Assembly (NCBI GenBank): GCA_951406725.2
Contig: OX597842.1
Span: forward strand, 6,758,001 to 6,822,000
Length of the DNA stretch: 64,000 nucleotides
Direction of reading: 5' to 3'
Source: Octopus vulgaris
Taxonomy: Eukaryota
Part shown: positions 40,942 to 54,807 of the stretch, piece after piece
How the letters are laid out: every line of letters starts with the position of its first letter
How positions within the stretch are numbered: the stretch's first letter is position 1
The notes under the pieces: model-generated
The model's input: the letters and a program-made list of their open reading frames with translations, nothing else
What the model was told of the DNA's origin: nothing
The model's database searches: none
Position numbers and translations under genes: made by a program

Positions 40942-41832
40942 TGTATATATATATATATATATATGACAGGCTTCTAGGCTTCTTTCAGTTTCTGTCTACC
41001 AAATCCACTCACAAGGCTTTGGTTGGCCCAAGTAGAAGACACTTGCTCAAGGTGCCATGTAGTGGGACTGAACCCAGAACTATGTGGTTGGGAAGCAAGC
41101 TTCTTACCACACACCCACACTTTCACCTGTATGTTAAATATTGTAGTCTTAGATGCATTATGTCTGAATAATAAATTGGATGGTCACAATTGGAGCATCT
41201 TAGATCATAGGCCTATGGGATCAAGACTGACCTGGGGATAAACCAACAACATTAACAACATCACCAACCTAATCATGACCATTGCTACTTCCACTATCAT
41301 CACCACAGCAAACAAAGATGCCCTCATATAGTTTTACAAACTGCTAGAAATAGCAACCAAACCATTTTCCCTTCAAAATAGAGTTTACAATGTAAGAAAA
41401 TAGGCTGATATGAATTGTGTGAAAAATATGACCCTGGATGCAGCATGACTGAAACAAAGACATGATGGCCATGGATGGAATAACTTTGATCATAGGTCTA
41501 CAGGATCAGGGCAGACCTGGGGTTAAAAACAAACACGATTGCCACTATCACTACCATCATCATCATAACCAATGCTTATATCACTGCCACCACCACCACC
41601 ACCACTGCCACCACCACCACCACCATTGCCACCACCATTATCACTACCATAACCCACCACCACTTTATCACTTACATCACCGTAGAAACCATTCTACATA
41701 CCTACTTATATAACTACCTACTTACCTGAAGTAACACACATGTGTATATATGTATGTGCATCCACATTGACATATATAGATGTGTTCATTCATATATTCA
41801 TATATATAAATATCTGCATATCTTTATGTACT

Positions 41833-41865
<33 letters not shown>

Positions 41866-41967
41866 GTTTACACACACATTACACACACATATATACATAC
41901 ACGCACACACACATTTTCATACATACATATATCTATACATTTATCTATATATGTATATATATATCTA

Positions 41968-42004
<37 letters not shown>

Positions 42005-42007
<3 letters not shown>

Positions 42008-42303
42008 CGTGACCGACCAGGCTATCAGATGTTGCTACACATCGCTGGTCACAATGCGCTTCGCGTTGTTTTAGCCTTGAAATGACACCTCCCCGCTGGC
42101 TAAGCGAGCAGGCCAACAGAAGAAAGAGTGAAAGAAAGTCGTAGCGAAAGAGTACAGCAGGGATCGCCACCACCCCCTGCCAGAGCCTCATGGAGCTTTA
42201 GGTGTTTTCGCTCAATAAACACTCACAACGCCCGGTCTGGGAATCAAAACCGCGATCCTACAACCGCGAGTGCGCTGCCCTAACCACTGGGCCATTGCGC
42301 CTC

Positions 42304-42305
<2 letters not shown>
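42005..42305 (-). mobile_element. tRNA-derived SINE related to family B
   Basis: Reverse complement begins GGAGGCGCAATGGCCCAGTGGTTAGGGCAGCG and shares the CAGACCGGGCG...AACACCTAAAGCTCC core. Confidence 0.8.
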
Positions 42306-42344
<39 letters not shown>

Positions 42345-43189
42345 TCTTTACTCTTTTAACTGTTTCAGTCATTTGACTGTGGCCATGCTGGAGCACTGCC
42401 TTTAGTCGAGCAAATCAATCCCAGGACTTATTCTTTGTAAGCCTAGTATTTATTCTATCGGTCTCTTTTGCCGAACCACTAAGTTATGGGGACATAAACA
42501 CACCAGCATCGGTTGTCAAGCGATGTTGGGGGGACAAACATACACAGACACACACACACATGCACACATACACACTCACACACACATATATATATATATA
42601 TACATATATACATACATATATATATACACACATATATATATACAGATATATATATATAATATATGTATGTACATATACATACAGTATATATATGCATGTA
42701 TGTATACATCTATTATTATGCATCAGCTGTGCACGTATACTACTGTTATATACTATTATATACCACCATATAACAATATATGCTGCTATACACTATATAT
42801 CTATATACTATCTTTTAACTATTACTTGTTTCAGTATTAGACTGTGGCCATGCAGGAGCACTGGCTCAAAGAATTTTTAATCGAATGAAGGAACTCCAAC
42901 ATTTATTTATTTTAAGCCTGGTACTTATTCTATTGGTCGGTTTTGCTGAACTGCTAAGTTATGGGGGATGTAAACACACCAACACCGGTTGCTAAGTGAT
43001 GGCAGTGTGTGTGTGTGGTGGGGTCAAAAACACACACATATGCAATGGGCTTCTTTTAGTTTCCATCTACCAAATCTACTCATAACACTTCGGTAGGACC
43101 AAGTCTATAGTAGAAGACAATTGGCTGGAAGCAAGCTTCTTACCACACAGCCATGCATGTATCTATATATCTATATGTTCTTTTATTCA

Positions 43190-43698
43190 TTTACTTGCTT
43201 CATTTGACTGTGGCCATGCTGGAGCTCCGCCTTTGGTTGAACAAACCAGACCCAGGACTTATCCTTTGTAAGCCTAGTACTTATTCTATCAGTCTCGGGG
43301 ACAAACTTTTACTTGTTTCTGTCATTAGACTGCAGCCATGCTGGAGCACCGCCTTTAGTCGAATGGACCCCAGGACTTATTCTTTGTAAGCCTAGTACTT
43401 ATTCTATGATTCCCTTTTGCTGAACCGCTAGGTTACAGGGACGTAAACACACCAGCATCGGTTGCCAAGCGATGCTGGGAGGACAAACACAGACACACAA
43501 ACATACACACACATATATATATATACATATACATATATACGACAGGCCTCTTTCAGTTTCTGTCTACCAAATCCACTCACAAGGCTTTGGTCAGCCCGAG
43601 GCTATAGTTGAAGACACTTGCCCAAGGTGCCATGCAGTGGGACTGAACCCGGAACCATGTGGTTGGTAAGCAAGCTACTTACCACACAGCCACTCCTG
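43190..43698 (-). mobile_element. SINE family A with tandemly duplicated 3' part
   Basis: Two consecutive CCCAGGACTTAT...GTAAGCCTAGTACTTATTCTAT blocks followed by the full SINE body. Confidence 0.8.
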
Positions 43699-43815
43699 AA
43701 CTTTCTCCATCCTATTCTTATTCTAGCAATTATACTTTCTGTATAACTTCCTCCACTGCTAATTAGGTGACCTAGGTAGCAAAAATTATCTACAACTTCC
43801 AGAGAGCTACCATAT
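43699..43815 (-). pseudogene. RTE-clade LINE reverse transcriptase C-terminal fragment
   Basis: Peptide SLEVVDNFCYLGHLISSGGSYTESIIARIRIGWRKFR matches the (F-x-YLG...I..RI..AW..F) thumb region of RTE LINEs. Confidence 0.75.
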
Positions 43816-44198
43816 GAAGAAAAGAAAAACTTACTGTAATACATGCTTCGAAGTGTCAAAACCATAATGATATCTGTTGGGCAACTGATGATGGAGGTAG
43901 AACCTTCTCATAAGGTTGAACTTGTCCAGGGATTCTTGGTTTCTTGGTTTGTGGTGGTTTTGGTTATATATTATACTATGCATTAATATTACATGTTTAT
44001 CCTTCACAGGGTTTCTAATTCTTGTAAAGGTAATACTTATTTAAGGGTCCTTAGTTTAGAGAGGTTTTGTTGTATATAAATAAAGTATTTGTCTTTTATA
44101 ATTTTTTATGTAAGTTCATTTCATATTGATTGTTTGGTTCCTTGCAAGAAGGAAGTCTTGCAAGAAATTTATTCTCTCTCATTAATTAAATAAAAAGT

Positions 44199-44500
44199 GG
44201 AGGCACATGGCCTAGTGGTTAGAGCAGCAGACTTGCAGTCGAGGGATTGTGGGTTTGAATCTCAGACCGGGCGATGTGTGTGTTTATGAGCGAAACACCT
44301 AAGCTCCACACAGCTCCGGCAGAAGGTAATGGTGAACTTCTGCTGACTCTTTCACCACAACTTTCTCTCACTCTTTCCTCCTGCATCTTGTGGCTCACCT
44401 GCGATGGACCGACGTCCCGTCCTGGTGGGAAACCTATATGTCAAGGAAACCAGGATACTGGCCCTTATGAGCCAGGTATGGCACGAGAAGGAACAAACAA
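44199..44500 (+). mobile_element. tRNA-derived SINE family B
   Basis: Second copy of 39795-40092. Confidence 0.85.
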
Positions 44501-44736
44501 TTAAATAAAATACACTATATTTGCAGCCTGCAGCTAGTCTTCACCATCCCCAATGTAAGCAGTACAGCACCAACTACACTAGAGTTTGGTGAGCTGCTAC
44601 TACTTACACAAGCTCTGGACTATCCTGAATTGCAGGATCTGTGTAAATATACATTTCTTTGACTGTATTTTTCTGAAGATGGGCCTTTGTACCCGAAATA
44701 TAAAGATTTTTAAAAACTTTCTGCCTTGTTAGAAGC

Positions 44737-45107
44737 TTTACTCTTTTACTTGCTTCAGTCATTTGACTGCGGCCATGCTGGAGCACCACCTTTAGTTGAG
44801 CAAATCGACCACAGGACTTATTCTTTGTAAGCCTAGTACTTATTCTATCAGTCTCTTTTGCTGAACCGCTAAGTTACAGCATCCATTGTCAAGCGATGTT
44901 GGGGACAAACACAGACACAAACATATACACACATATACACATATATATACATATATACGATGAGCTTCTTTCAATTTTCATCTCCCAAATCGACTCACAA
45001 GGCTTTGGTCGGCCTGAAGCTGTAGTAGAAAACACTCTCCCAAGGTGCCATGCAGTGGGACTGAACCCGGAAACATGTGGTTGGTAAGCAAGCTACTTAC
45101 CACACAG
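44737..45107 (-). mobile_element. SINE family A copy
   Basis: Reverse-complement match to the family consensus seen elsewhere in the window. Confidence 0.8.
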
Positions 45108-45459
45108 CTATATTTTTCATTTCATTCATTATTCTATTTCTGTACTGCAATGCTTCAAGCAAACTTCAACACTATATTTGCTTTTCTATATTTGAATATA
45201 TATTTAAATTTAACTTTGGCATTTAGTCTCTGGATATTTGTAGAGCAAACTATTCTGATTACTGTGTCACTTCAGTACAAGGTAGAGGTTGATGTTATAT
45301 TTCATAGGAAAAACAAGGGAGGATTATTAGATAAAAGAAGAAGTATTTAAAAGAAATATCTGATGTAATTAATATGTTTCTTAATTAATATCATTAATTA
45401 ATATCCTATATTATGACATGAAAATAGAATTGAAGGCAGACGTATCATATCCACACCCA

Positions 45460-45595
45460 AGAAGAAGGAGGTGGAGGAGGAGGGGGGAAGAAGAAGAAGA
45501 AGAAGAAGAAGAAGAAGAAGAAGAAGAAGAAGAAGAAGAAGAAGAAGAAGAAGAAGAAGAAGACGACGACGAATTGGAAGAAGAATAAGAAGAAG
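45460..45595. repeat. (GAA)n microsatellite
   Basis: Directly visible; source of the poly-Arg ORF. Confidence 0.9.
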
Positions 45596-46102
45596 GCGGT
45601 GTCGGCGGCTAACTATTGAAGAAATTTATAGTTGCAGGTATGGCTGTGTGCTTTCAGGCCTTGGTTTAGGTTTTGGTCCCTACATCATCATCATCATCAT
45701 CATCGTTTAAAGTCTGCCTTCTGTGCTAGCATGGGTGGGACATTCTGGTAATCCTCATTTCTAGATATTTATATCTGGATTGGTTCCCTCTGTATTTAAG
45801 ATATATACATGATACTTCATATCATGATAATCCTTGATAACAATGTCTAGACAATGTTTCCTTAACCACTATATCTCTGTTAATTGGTATGTCTCAGAGT
45901 ATGGCCATGCTTTCTTATTAATATTTCCTCTATCAAGAGAGAGAGCTGGTAGAATTGTTACTGCACTGGCAAAATGCTTAGCAGCATTTCATCGGGCCTC
46001 ATATTCTGAGTTCAAATTCCACCAAGGTCATCTTTGCCTTTCATCCTTACAGGGTCGACAAAATAAATACCAATTGAGTACTGGGGTCAAAATAATCGAC
46101 TT

Positions 46103-46274
46103 AGGCATAGGGGTGGCTGTGTGGTAAGTAGCTTGCTAACGAACCTCATGGTTCTGGGTTCAGTCCTACTGCATGGCACCTTGGGCAAGTGTCTTCTACT
46201 ATGGCTTTGGGCTGACCAAAGCCTTGTGAGTGGATTTGGAAGACAGAAACTGAAAGAAGCCCATCATATATATG

Positions 46275-46325
<51 letters not shown>

Positions 46326-46551
46326 CTGTGTGTGTTTGTGTGTCTGTCTTTGTCCCCCCCCCCCCCCCAACATCAATTGACAACCAATGCTGGTGTTTTT
46401 ACGTCCCCGTAACTTAGTGGTTCAGCAAAAGAGACCGATAGAATAAGTACTAGGCTTCCAAAGAATAAGTCCTGGTGTCAATTTGCTCGACTAAAGGTGG
46501 TGCTCCAGCATGGCCAGAGTCAAATGACTGAAACAAGTAAAAGAGTAAAAG
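46103..46551 (+). mobile_element. SINE family A inserted into a family C SINE
   Basis: Family C sequence (45945-46100) stops at AATCGACTT and resumes after 46551 (…CCCCTAAA…GGCCTTG). Confidence 0.75.
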
Positions 46552-46624
46552 AGAGAGGTACTCCCTACCCCTAAATCGCTGGCCTTGCACCAAAATGTTA
46601 AATCAATATTTCCTTTATTATTAA

Positions 46625-47160
46625 GGCAGTGAACTGGCAGAATTCTTAGCACGCTGGGGAAAATGTTTGGGGCCATTTTGTCTGTTTTTTGTTCTGAGCT
46701 GAAACTTCATTGAGGCTGACTTTGCCTTTCATCTTTCCAAGGACAATAAAATAAGTATCAGTTGAATTCTGGGGTCGATGTAATCAACTAGTTCCTCTCT
46801 AGAAAGGATCATCATTATTAAGGGGGCAAACTGGCAGAATTCTTTGTATGCTGGATGAAATGCTTAGCAGTATTTCATCTGTCTTCACATTCTGAGTTCA
46901 AATTCTGCCGCGGTCAACTTTACTTGTTATCCTTTCAGGGTCGATATAATAAGTACCAGTTGTGTACTGGGGTCGAGGTAATCGACTGACCCTCTCCCCC
47001 AAATTTCAGGTCTTGTGCCTATAGTAGAAAGGAAAGGCAGCAAGCTGGGCCAAATGCATTGCAGTATCTCGTCTGTCCTTATGTTTTGAGTTCAAATTCT
47101 GCCATGGTCAGTACCAGTTAGATACTGGGGTCAATGTAATCAACTAGTTCCTCTCCCCTA
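46625..47160 (+). mobile_element. Three tandem SINE family C copies
   Basis: Repeated CTGGCAGAATTC...CTGAGTTCAAATTCTGCC...CTGGGGTCGA...TAATC units. Confidence 0.75.
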
Positions 47161-47649
47161 AAGCATCCATATTGTTCTAGTGAGAACGATATGGATGCTT
47201 AGTAACCTACTGATGTATAAATATATAGACACAAACAAAGTTGAGCTGCTCAGATATACACAAGTAGAAAGATACCCAAAATCTATGTGGAACAAGAAAA
47301 CAGAAATATGTAGATTATCTGTGGAAAAAAACTTGGCATGGTAGATATCAGATTTGTCAAGGAACTAGAAACGAAGAGATATTCTATCACCTCACTGAAC
47401 AATGAGGATTTCGTCCACATACCATCTTATCGAGACAGAATGTGGCAAAAGTATTGCTGCTGACATGAATACAGTGTGAATGGTTCTTAACCTTTTTCCA
47501 ATGCAAAACATGAAGGCTGCATTATCAAAGCTTGACCGTATGCAATAAAACATGAGAGGACTAAACCTGTCTGATGGATCCAAGTAGTGAAGGTACGATA
47601 TGACAATTACACTATAATCAGGTCTTTAACAGATTGGAACAAGTGTCTA

Positions 47650-48290
47650 TTACTAATTTCTGAGCAGAGGTGTGCAGCTTTTTGGCAATAATTTGATCAA
47701 CTATTTGACTGAACTTTAATGGCCACTTCATTGGCTCACCATGGCTCTTTGTAGAAGATACAAGGAACAGCAAAAAGCTGGTAATAACCATTGAAAGACA
47801 AGAGGCACTGGGTGGTTGCAGAAGGTGCAAATTGGGCAGTTTCATGGTTTGCCATACCAATTCTGTGAGTTTATGCCAAACTTTTTTGGTGACCTCTTAG
47901 CAAATGTCAACTGCAACAGGCAGCAGAACAGAACTCTCAGTGCTGTGAGCCAGGGAGTTGTAACACTGCTGAGAAAGGACACCGACAAGGGAAACAGCAG
48001 ACAATCTTTGGTTCATAACTACTAAAGGGAAACTTTAAGATTTTAGGCAAGGTGTTAGCAAAGAGATTGATACTCGTTTGCCAATGGCCTGGTTGGGGTA
48101 GCACAAATATACATGATCCTGAACAGGTCTATCCCTGAACCTTTATCTCTTGCAACACATCACAAAGGAGGATGGGGACCCAACTGGCTTTGATGGAGCC
48201 CTAATTAATTTAGATTAGTAGAAAGCTTTCAATTGAGTCAATCATTGTGATCTGGTGGTTGTGCTGGAAGCAGTCGGTTTCAGGCCCACT
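47650..48290 (+). pseudogene. Decayed L1/Tx1-type LINE reverse transcriptase fragment
   Basis: Translatable pieces GLPYQF..., GVVTLLRKD, KILGKVLAKRL and LINLD*.KAF match RT domains 0-3. Contains stops and frameshifts. Confidence 0.7.
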
Positions 48291-48689
48291 TGCTGTGCAC
48301 CTCAACCACTACAAGCTGTAATAGTTTGCAGGGATGTTGTCTTGAAGTTTGCTAACAACAAATCTCCCCAAATCTCAAAGACTCTGTCTTAGGATTCTTG
48401 CAGAACACACATTGTACTTCGTTTTTGGATTTGGTTTGCAAACACACACATACATACATACATATGTACATGCATGCATGTATAGGCACACACACTGACC
48501 CACACACATGCGCACAAACAAACAAAAGGGAGCACAGTGTAAATAACGGACAGAGTCAAAACTATTGAAAAGGTTGCATGATGCAACGAAAATTTTAGGA
48601 AAATAAAAATAAGAAATAAGTGGAAATTTTACCGGTGAGTGTGTTAAATAATAAGGCACAAAAAGAAAATTATTCTTCCCAGACACAAT

Positions 48690-49250
48690 AGAACACACTG
48701 TACTTTTCTTTGGATTAGCAGGGAAGATATCGATTTGGATGTCGTGCCAAGTATACCAATTACCACAGGAATGGTTGTTGTCTTAGTCTTACTTAATCTC
48801 TTCATTTCTCTGGCTAAATCCTGATATTTCTCTATTTGCTTTTTAAATTTCTTTAATATCAACTTTGTTATAAGGAACTGAAAAGTATATGATCTCACAC
48901 TGTCTATTTTGTTCTCTATAATCACCTTGGGTTTTCTTGCGTCAATAGTATGGTCAGATTTTATGGGAATCCCATAAAATTCTGTATCCCCATGATAACC
49001 CCTAACTTGTATTCATACTGCTTTGCTGTCACTTTGAACCTACATACTCTGATGACATCTTGATGCACTCTTTTAGCTGCACAGTCATGCCTGAACTTAT
49101 ACTCTTTTTATGCTAGCTTTCTACATTCACTTAAAAGGTGGTTACTACTTTTATCTCCTTTCTAACAGATTCTGCATTTACTCTCTGACTGAGTTTTTAT
49201 CAATTTTTGCTTTTATCAAATTCATCCTAATGGCTAGTTCCTGTGTGGTT
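48690..49250 (-). pseudogene. Decayed RLE-type (R4/NeSL/CRE-like) non-LTR retrotransposon C-terminal fragment
   Basis: Peptide IEKYQDLAREMKRL...IPVVIGILGT is the typical restriction-like endonuclease tail. Confidence 0.65.
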
Positions 49251-50261
49251 ATAATTAGTGATTCACTTTCTTATTTCAGGTTTCTATCTGTGGGCCACAG
49301 TCACAGTCTTTTTTACTTCCAACATCCTCTGTTTTTTGCATGAATTGGCCATGCAACTTCTCTTTCTAGCTATTTGTGTTGTCGTTCTTCCTTCTGCTCT
49401 TGAGTTCATTCACTGTTACACTGTTTCTTTGTTGGGTTTTTTTTGTAGTTTTCTGGTCATAGATATTTTTTCTTTGCTATATTCAGGTTTTCAAACTTGG
49501 TATTGCACTACTGATGGTGTTTCCTGCATTTATTATTATTATAACCCATACATTTTTGCCTTTTGTTCCTAAAAAGGTCGTAGAGGTAGAGTCCTCAGGC
49601 ACCTCCTATCAGAAGCAACCACCATTCCATTTTCTTGTTGAATTCCCAAGCATCACCAACTGAGACTATTGATACTATCCAACCATTTCATTCTTTGTCT
49701 ACTCCATGATCAACTGTCCTTCAAGTGTATAGTAAAGATTGATGCACCTCTTTCTTTTAGCAGAGAAAGGAGGAAGATCTTTCTCTGCTCAGTAGCTGTA
49801 GTGAAAGAGGTTGTGTGGTGGACTCGTCTGAAAGGTTTGAAGACAGGAACTCTCCTACCTGGCCTGAGTTCTCATTAATTTCTTCAAATTTCATTTGAAG
49901 AAGAAGGTGAGGATAAAGAGGGAGGTGCTGCCATCTAGTGTGTTGACCGAAATGTGGATGAGAGTGGCAAGATCATGTTGTCTGACCTTGTGATGTCCCC
50001 CTCATCGATGCCCCAGTGGCCAATAAAAGAAATTATTATTACTGAGTTAGAGAGCAGTGCATGCCATCAAGGGGACACCAGGGTACAAATGTATGAAGCC
50101 CTACATACATATCATGACTACCTGCCTGGTAAGGTTACACCGGGCACATACTTCACAACCATATGTGTGTGACATGATGATCTCATATCAAGATAAACAG
50201 TGCATGACCTTACAGGGGAGGGGCAATTAGAATTTTCTACAGATTATCATTATTATTATTA

Positions 50262-50311
<50 letters not shown>

Positions 50312-50312
50312 G

Positions 50313-50540
50313 TGGAGACGCGTGGCTTAGTGGTTAGGGTGTCAGCATCATGATCATAAGATTGTGGTTTCGATTCCTGGATCGGGCGACGTGTTGTGTT
50401 CTTGAGCAAAACACTTCATTTCACGCTGCTCCAGTCCACTCAGCTGGCAAAAATGAGTAATGCTGCGATGGACTGGCGTCCCATCCAGCTGGGGAATGCA
50501 TACACCATTGAGACCAGGAAACCGGGCCCATGAGCCTGAC
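50313..50540 (+). mobile_element. tRNA-derived SINE family D (V/Meta-SINE-like core)
   Basis: TGGCTTAGTGGTTAGGG...GGTTTCGATTCC head, then TTCTTGAGCAAAACACTT...GCGATGGACTGGCGTCCCATCCAG. Degenerate copy at 36855-37070. Confidence 0.7.
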
Positions 50541-50602
50541 TAGGCTTTAAAGGGTGCATTTATTATTATTATTATTATTGTTGTTGTTGTTGTTGTTATT
50601 GT

Positions 50603-50655
<53 letters not shown>

Positions 50656-50779
50656 TACAGAGATTCACAATTTGTATTTGATGTTATTTATAGAAGTGAC
50701 ATATAAGCAAACACAAAAAAAAAGGATATCATCAACATTATTACTACCTTCACCATCACTACCATAACAATCCACTCAA

Positions 50780-51480
50780 CGACGACGACCACCACCACCA
50801 CTATCATTAACAACACCTCCATACCACATGGCCAACAACTGTACAGACACATGTGCTATTCAGCAAGGACAACCACCAACATCATCATCACTGCCATCAT
50901 CATCATCATCATCGCTAACACCAACCCCCCCCCCCCCGTATCAGTTGGACATCTGCACCAATTCCACCACCCCAAGGCAATGACAACCACCACTGTCATG
51001 GGGGCATTCACCACAATAATGACAACTATTACCACCACCACCACCACCACCACAACCACCACCACCACCACCACCACTACCACCACCATCAACACCACCA
51101 CCGCCACCACTACTACCACCATCACCACCACCACCACCGCCACTACCACCACCATCACCACCACCACCACCACCACCACTGTAAACACCACCACCGCCAC
51201 CTACGCCGCCACCACTACCACCACCATCACCACCACCACTACTATCACCACCACCTTCCCCACCACCACCGTAAACACCACCCCACTTTGCCAGACCTAT
51301 TTCTAAGAAATGGAATTCCTCTATACTCTTACTAAGCAGAGATTCCCATTATTACCACCACCATCACCATCACCATCACCACCACCACCACCACCACCAC
51401 CACCACCACCTTCCTTCATCAAATATACAATTACATAACTGCACACATCTTAACCAAAAAAACCACCACCACAACCTCCA
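50780..51480. repeat. (ACC)n/(ATC)n low-complexity tract
   Basis: Directly visible; source of the poly-Thr and poly-Val ORFs. Confidence 0.9.
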
Positions 51481-51798
51481 TCCTCGCTGCCATCATCCTC
51501 TCCCATAACACAACCATCCACCGTAAATAACCCGTTCTCTATCTTCATATTCAGTTAAGTGCAGTTGTAACGAGTACAGGCTGCTTTCATCTGGTTCCCG
51601 GCGGTTTGTTTTACTGTCAGTTCTTCATCACAGACTGATGAGGACATTTGAGAACATTTTCATACCTGGTTCTAGATTGCTATGTATGTAGATGAATGGC
51701 GATATCAACATACATGTGTGTATGTGTTTGTATGAATACATACACAACACATTCATATACATATATATATGTTATACAATATATATTTTTATATATGT

Positions 51799-51829
<31 letters not shown>

Positions 51830-52135
51830 GTTATATATATATATATATATATAATATATATATATACATATATATATATGTTATAGAATATATATATCCG
51901 TGCCCCAGCATGGCCATAGCTTGTGAGCTGAAACTAGATAAAATGATTTTTAGAAAAATGAATGATTCTATAACATATATATATATGTTATATATATATA
52001 TATATATTATAAAATATATATATATATTCTATAATATATATATATATATATATATATTATAAAATATATATATATTCTATAACATATATATATTTTATAG
52101 AATATATATTTTTATATATATATTCTATAACACAC

Positions 52136-52200
<65 letters not shown>

Positions 52201-52697
52201 ATAGAATATATATTTGCATATATACATATGTGTGTGTTTGTGATAATATAAACCTATATATATTTGTATATATGTGTATATATATTTATATATATAAATT
52301 AAATTAGAGATAAAACCACTATTAGGCAAATCAAACAGTGAAAAATATAAACCAAAACATAGAAATAAAATTAATTCATATAAAATACAAAATATATAAA
52401 ATATAAAATTCAAAATTTAAATTATTTAAATTTAAAGTTAAAAATTTAAAATTATTAATTTATAATTATATTTATATATATTTATAAATATATAGTCTAT
52501 AACATTATATGCACATATATATGTGTGTATAATATGTATGTATATTTATTAAAATGGGTTATCTTCTATTTCAAATATATATCAATGTAATCAACGTACG
52601 TGAGCAATGAATATATGTGTGTGAGATACAGATTTGTGTGTATACATCATATATATGATATACATTTACATATGTGTACTTATATATGTGTGTGTGC

Positions 52698-52731
<34 letters not shown>

Positions 52732-52737
<6 letters not shown>

Positions 52738-53160
52738 CAAAATAAGCAACAAGGATATCCAGAGGTAATGCAGTACGATCGTTTCATACAACTTCATTTA
52801 ATTGAACAATGCAAATATTACATCAGTTTTAAAATGTAGAGCAATCTTCAGTTGCATAAAAATATAGAATTTAGTTAAATTCAAAGGATTCATTTATATA
52901 GTTATTCCATTAACCAAAATCACAAAGAGTATAAGTAGATAGACAAAGAACAAGAACATATCCTCTTTGTGATTTTGGATAATAAAATAACTATACAAAG
53001 GAATCCTTTGAATTTAGCTAAATTCTATATTTTTATGCAGCTGAAGATTGCTGTACATTTTAAAACTGATGTAATATTTGCATTGTTCAATTAAATGGAG
53101 TTGCATGAAACGATCGTACTGCATTACCTCTGGATACAGTTGTTCCTTATTTTGATTGTA
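52732..53160. repeat. Long fold-back (inverted repeat) element, ~200-bp arms
   Basis: The arms are reverse complements (AGAGGTAATGCAGTACGATCGTTTCAT / ATGAAACGATCGTACTGCATTACCTCT). The ORF track shows the same peptide on both strands. Confidence 0.9.
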
Positions 53161-53324
53161 ATCACCCCTTTTTGAATTATATGGATAATACCATACCAAA
53201 TATGGTACTTTAACTTAAGTACCATATTCAACTGAATCTAAATTTTACTGAATTTATATATATATGAACACACACACACATATATAAGGAAAATATGTAA
53301 TGACTATCATTTTTAACATGTTAT

Positions 53325-53378
<54 letters not shown>

Positions 53379-54059
53379 AATAATATATATATGCATATAT
53401 ACATAGATATATGTACATACTTACATATATATACTTATACATATGCATATAGGGGTACAGGACATTGTAGAATGTAAACAACATGAAATACAAAATACGA
53501 AAACATGGAATACAAAATTTTTTTGCGAACAATGAAAGAAACAAATGGAAAACAAGACAAGCAACATAAAGAACGACCCATCATCAGTCGTTGGCTGTTT
53601 TCCTACTCCATAATTCGAGCAATCCACGACAAGATATACTTTCGGCAAAACAGTTGCTCCCGCAAAGCAAATTAAATAAAATTTGGGATTTTGCAGAGGG
53701 TCAAAGTTGGTAACAGAAACAGGACAGTGAAAACAAACAGAAAGGGCTATTAGGCCTTAACAAGGTGAGGTGGTGAATGCTGGAGGAACAAGCTTTGACA
53801 AGAGACAGACAAGAATGCATCTGATCTCTGCTGATGTGTGGTTTTTGCAAAGAACTCTTGATGTAGTCACAGTATTAGAAGAAAGATTTTCTTAAATGAA
53901 AAGGAATTTTTTGTATAGTTAAGTGCTTTCACTGTTTAAAGCTTTTCAAACACGTGTTACAGGAAAAGTTGTAAAGAATAAAAGCGCTTAACAACATAGA
54001 AAATTCCAAAAGTTTTATGTCATTTTGTTTTTTAAAATATTTTTTAAATATTTATATTC

Positions 54060-54360
54060 TCTTTACTCTTTACTCTTTTCTCTTTTACTTGTTTCAGTCA
54101 TTTGACTGCGGCCATGCTGGAGCACCGCCTTTAATCGAGCAAATCAACCCCAGGACTTATTCTTTGTAAGCCTAGTATTTCACACACACACATATATATA
54201 CATATATACCACAGGCTTCTTTCAGTTTCCGTCTACCAAGGCTTTGGTCAGCCCGAGGCTATAGTAGAGGACACTTGCCCAAGGTGCCATGCAGTGGGAC
54301 TGAATCCAGAACCATGTGGTTGGTAAGCAAGCTACATACCACACGGCCATTCCTGCACCT
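54060..54360 (-). mobile_element. SINE family A, internally deleted
   Basis: Head and tail match the family; the middle is missing. Confidence 0.8.
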
Positions 54361-54599
54361 GTTATTATAATAAATAACTTTTAACTTCAGAAAATTGCAC
54401 TTTCTCAGTTGCCATAGTAAGTTCCAGTGACAATACAACTGTATGACTGAGAATACATACCTAAAACAAAACACAAATTTCCACATCGAACAGCTCCAAA
54501 TACTGCACATATGCAAGCATACATACAAAAAATACTTGGAAAAGGATGCGTGGCGTTCGATCATATAATGATATAAATAATATATAGATATATATATTA

Positions 54600-54767
54600 G
54601 GCGCAGGAGTGGCTGTGTGGTAAGCAGCTTGCTTACCAACCACATGGTTCCGGGTTCAGTCCCACTGCGTGGCATCTTGGGCAAGTGTCTTCTGCTATAG
54701 CCCCGGGCCGACCAATGCCTTGTGAGTGGATTTGGTAGGCGGAAACTGAAAGAAGCCTGTCGTATAT

Positions 54768-54807
<40 letters not shown>

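Noticed and set aside
45471-45710. Protamine-like poly-Arg ORF
   Set aside because: Translation of a (GAA)n microsatellite.
50851-51306. Mucin-like poly-Thr ORF
   Set aside because: Pure (ACC)n repeat that is also open on the opposite strand; no signal peptide or convincing splice context.
51630-51680. C/D snoRNA or hammerhead from CTGATGAG
   Set aside because: No properly placed D box, terminal stem or GAAA/stem II.
49568-53205. Isolated CArG (49568, 53196) and MEF2-like (~50683) matches
   Set aside because: Expected by chance in very AT-rich DNA, and they lie in or next to repeats.
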